A model generated the notes under the pieces. The model was not told the origin of the DNA and made no database searches. It worked only from the letters and a program-made list of their open reading frames with translations. The translations under genes and the position numbers were made by a program. A stretch of 26,497 nucleotides of DNA from Flavipsychrobacter sp. (lineage in GTDB: Bacteria; Bacteroidota; Bacteroidia; Chitinophagales; Chitinophagaceae). Each line of letters starts with the position of its first letter. Positions within the stretch are counted from its first letter, which is position 1. The stretch lies in assembly GCA_051959855.1 (NCBI GenBank), contig JBQCEX010000109.1:1-26497 (forward strand). The letters are read 5' to 3'. This document shows positions 25,001 to 26,497 of the stretch, piece by piece.

Positions 25001-26497
25001 TTTGAACAAAGTAACGTAGAGTACATTCAGTTCTGGATAATGGACCCATTCATTCATAACCCGAACGCGAAGGGCGGCTCTTTGTACTTTAACCTTGGTA
25101 ATGTATCAGAAGATGTGCTGAAGGATTCGAGAATGTTCTTTGAAAATGGTATTCCGAGCCCGAAAGATCTGACGAAACTTGATAATACGGTATGGGGCTA
25201 TGTACCAAAATTTGAACAGCAAATAACAAGAGCTTTTGATAACGACCCTGCAGCGCGTGCCATACAAGACGTAGGTTATGATGGATTGAATGACGATGAA
25301 GAAAAAACATTTTATGCTCAATATCTGAAAGAGCTTGGAGCAAGGCTTGGTACCACTTCACCTGCTTATCTCGCGGCATTGGCCGACCCTGCAAATGATG
25401 ACTATCATTACTATCGCGGTGCTGACTATGACCAGGTGAACCTGAGTATATTGGGCAGGTATAAGAAATTCAATAATCCGCAGGGCAATTCACCTATTAC
25501 TGATCCTAACGCCGTGTATTCATCTGCCGCTACGACATTACCTGAGTCAGAAGATATAGATCGTGATAATGCGCTGAATGAATCAGAAGATTATTATCAA
25601 TACCGTGTAGACCTGTCACCGGCTACTTTGCAGGTGGGTACTAACTATATAGTAAACAAACAATCAAGCAATGTGAAGCTGCCTAACGGCAGTTACGAAA
25701 ATGAAGACTGGTACCAGTTCAAAATTCCTATCCAGGAATACTCTCATAAGGTGGGCAGTATATCGGACTTTCGTTCTATACGTTTCATACGTATGTTCCT
25801 GAATGGCTTCCAGGACAGTGTGATACTGCGCTTTGCAACACTGGAACTGGGCCGTAATCAATGGCGCCAATACCAATATTCATTACAGACACCGGGCGAA
25901 AATGTACCACAACAAAATGTACCTACTACCGATGTGACTGTAACATCAGTAAGTGTGGAAGAAAACAGCGAGCGTACACCAATCCCTTATAAGATACCGC
26001 CAGGAGTTAACAGACAGCTTGCTGCAGTGTCAAACGGGCAAACTGTAGCGCTGAATGAACAGGCGTTATCTATGAAGGTGTGTACACTAAGTGACGGTGA
26101 CGCACGTGGTATATATAAAGAAGTTGATGTAGATATGCGCCAGTTTGACTACCTGCGCATGTTTGTACATGGTGAGTCAGTGCCGGGATCTGCGCCTATA
26201 AAGGATGGAGATCTGAACGCATTCATACGTATAGGTAGTGACTATACTACTAACTATTATGAATACCGTGTACCTATAGCTGTGACCCTACCGGGCACTA
26301 CAGATGAAACCCTGATATGGCCGACAGCTAACTACTTTAACATAACGCTGAATGACCTGATAAATGCCAAGCTGGAACGCGATAAGAAAGGTGTGCCTAC
26401 ATACGTGCCATACCAGACAAAAGATCCGAATGGCTACACGATCGTAATATTGGGTAACCCTAACCTGGGCGATGCCAAAAACATAATGCTGGGGATA
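22049..26497 (+). CDS. sprA: T9SS outer-membrane translocon SprA (Sov), 5' part, truncated by the window end
   Basis: GTG at 22049 opens a frame that was checked at intervals and found open to the end (1483 codons): signal peptide, VKPQGNVDVTFGGNWQNIKNP, FDMQMNINL..TVGDKLKL, FNPQLGYISLN, QPDGIFDFVDG, ERPFTQKV..GDDPI, YIDDFEG, LYFNLGNVSEDVLKD, GNPNLGDAKNIMLGI. The position after ruvA matches the well-known Bacteroidota ruvA-sprA synteny. Confidence 0.95.
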   Translation, partial: MKGKSNFGYKILVFIALVVAIAHAAARERKPFDYDDPDPDPQTDSPATAGNKPVDSAHLLRFPLKDKLNSPLPDNQPSGMDLQDPPNIKQTVTYDPDSQQYYFNNKIGDDYLHEPTSMTLDEYMRYQGAKDEQSYWQRRLDALTLFNKKPELPQMYKEGIFDRIFGGSNVSVKPQGNVDVTFGGNWQNIKNPTLVQRAQKYGIFNFDMQMNINLVATVGDKLKLNIAQNTKATFDYQNMQKLEYTGKEDEIIKKVEAGNISFPLKSSLITGVQSLFGLKTQLQFGKLWITAAIAQQKSQRKSLTIQGGSQTQQIAIKADAYEENKNFLLAQYFHDNYNNALKDYPLINSLVTINKIEVWITNRTGTTTGVRSVASFMDLGEHNPYQTKFLDGSGPVLPDNRSNQLYKDLSDPAARGTDIHSFLSNRLNLQEGPDYWITTSRQLAPSEFTFNPQLGYISLNTQLNPDDVLGVAYRYTYKGQVYQVGEFAEDLPPDTTNSRVLFLKMLKSKSNTPTLPIWQLMMKNIYALGGLGVTKDNFVLNVMYQDPGGSEKRYLPEGPQAGVPLISLLNLDKLNSQNLPQPDGIFDFVDGITINTQQGKIIFPVLEPFGKDLAPALGGDKTLQKKYLYQVLYDSTRTIALQFQQNDRYILRGSYKSSSSSELFLGGFNIPQGSVTVTAGGTRLVEGTDYQIDYGLGRLRILNTGILNSGIPINVQYEDNSTFGFQQQNFMGARFDYYLNKKLTLGGTFMRLTERPFTQKVTFGDDPIRNTMLGIDANYQSEFPALTKALDKLPVYSTSTPSFINASGEVASLLPGHAKQINALDKEGSVYIDDFEGTTSTYDLKLPAISWTLASTPVDARNRAGTLLFPEATQDNQLTYGMNRALLAWYFIEPTLEDATAGIPAYVKNDSNQHYVRLVQQIDVFPQRTVTSLQNALSTLDVAFYPKQRGPYNFDATNIDPSTGELLNPQSRWGGIMRPLDNTDFEQSNVEYIQFWIMDPFIHNPNAKGGSLYFNLGNVSEDVLKDSRMFFENGIPSPKDLTKLDNTVWGYVPKFEQQITRAFDNDPAARAIQDVGYDGLNDDEEKTFYAQYLKELGARLGTTSPAYLAALADPANDDYHYYRGADYDQVNLSILGRYKKFNNPQGNSPITDPNAVYSSAATTLPESEDIDRDNALNESEDYYQYRVDLSPATLQVGTNYIVNKQSSNVKLPNGSYENEDWYQFKIPIQEYSHKVGSISDFRSIRFIRMFLNGFQDSVILRFATLELGRNQWRQYQYSLQTPGENVPQQNVPTTDVTVTSVSVEENSERTPIPYKIPPGVNRQLAAVSNGQTVALNEQALSMKVCTLSDGDARGIYKEVDVDMRQFDYLRMFVHGESVPGSAPIKDGDLNAFIRIGSDYTTNYYEYRVPIAVTLPGTTDETLIWPTANYFNITLNDLINAKLERDKKGVPTYVPYQTKDPNGYTIVILGNPNLGDAKNIMLGI

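Noticed and set aside
22238-25876. Minus-strand ORFs within sprA
   Set aside because: They are antisense shadows of the continuous sprA frame.
1-26497. tRNA, rRNA, transposase, integrase or defence genes
   Set aside because: No cloverleaf, rRNA signature or DDE/HUH/tyrosine-recombinase motif was recognised by eye; tRNAscan-SE, Infernal and HMM searches would be needed to exclude them formally.

Overview
A Bacteroidota window, most consistent with a Chitinophagaceae-like organism (inferred from TAnnTTTG promoter boxes, T9SS genes and protein style). Left: three paralogous delta-60/DUF5122 beta-propeller proteins with T9SS C-terminal sorting domains, with an AraC regulator + SDR pair sitting between the second and third. 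Middle: paaY-like, ArsR-family, tsaB, ridA-like and glnS genes, then an AT-rich pair of hypothetical genes, a frameshifted GNAT, two tandem DUF4468-like paralogs and a TPR-TM-HisKA protein with no ATPase domain. Right: an outer-membrane beta-barrel, a secreted hypothetical, a stand-alone B12-binding domain, a crotonase, a DUF6089/PorG-like barrel, ruvA and the 5' part of sprA (absent from the supplied ORF track because it runs off the window). The least-explained signal is a ~300-320 bp modular non-coding element present twice in inverted orientation (5575-5897 and 12161-12461). Its conserved blocks keep identical spacing across diverged linkers. No rRNA, tRNA, CRISPR array or transposase was recognised. 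All family calls come from motif recognition by eye; no database search was run.
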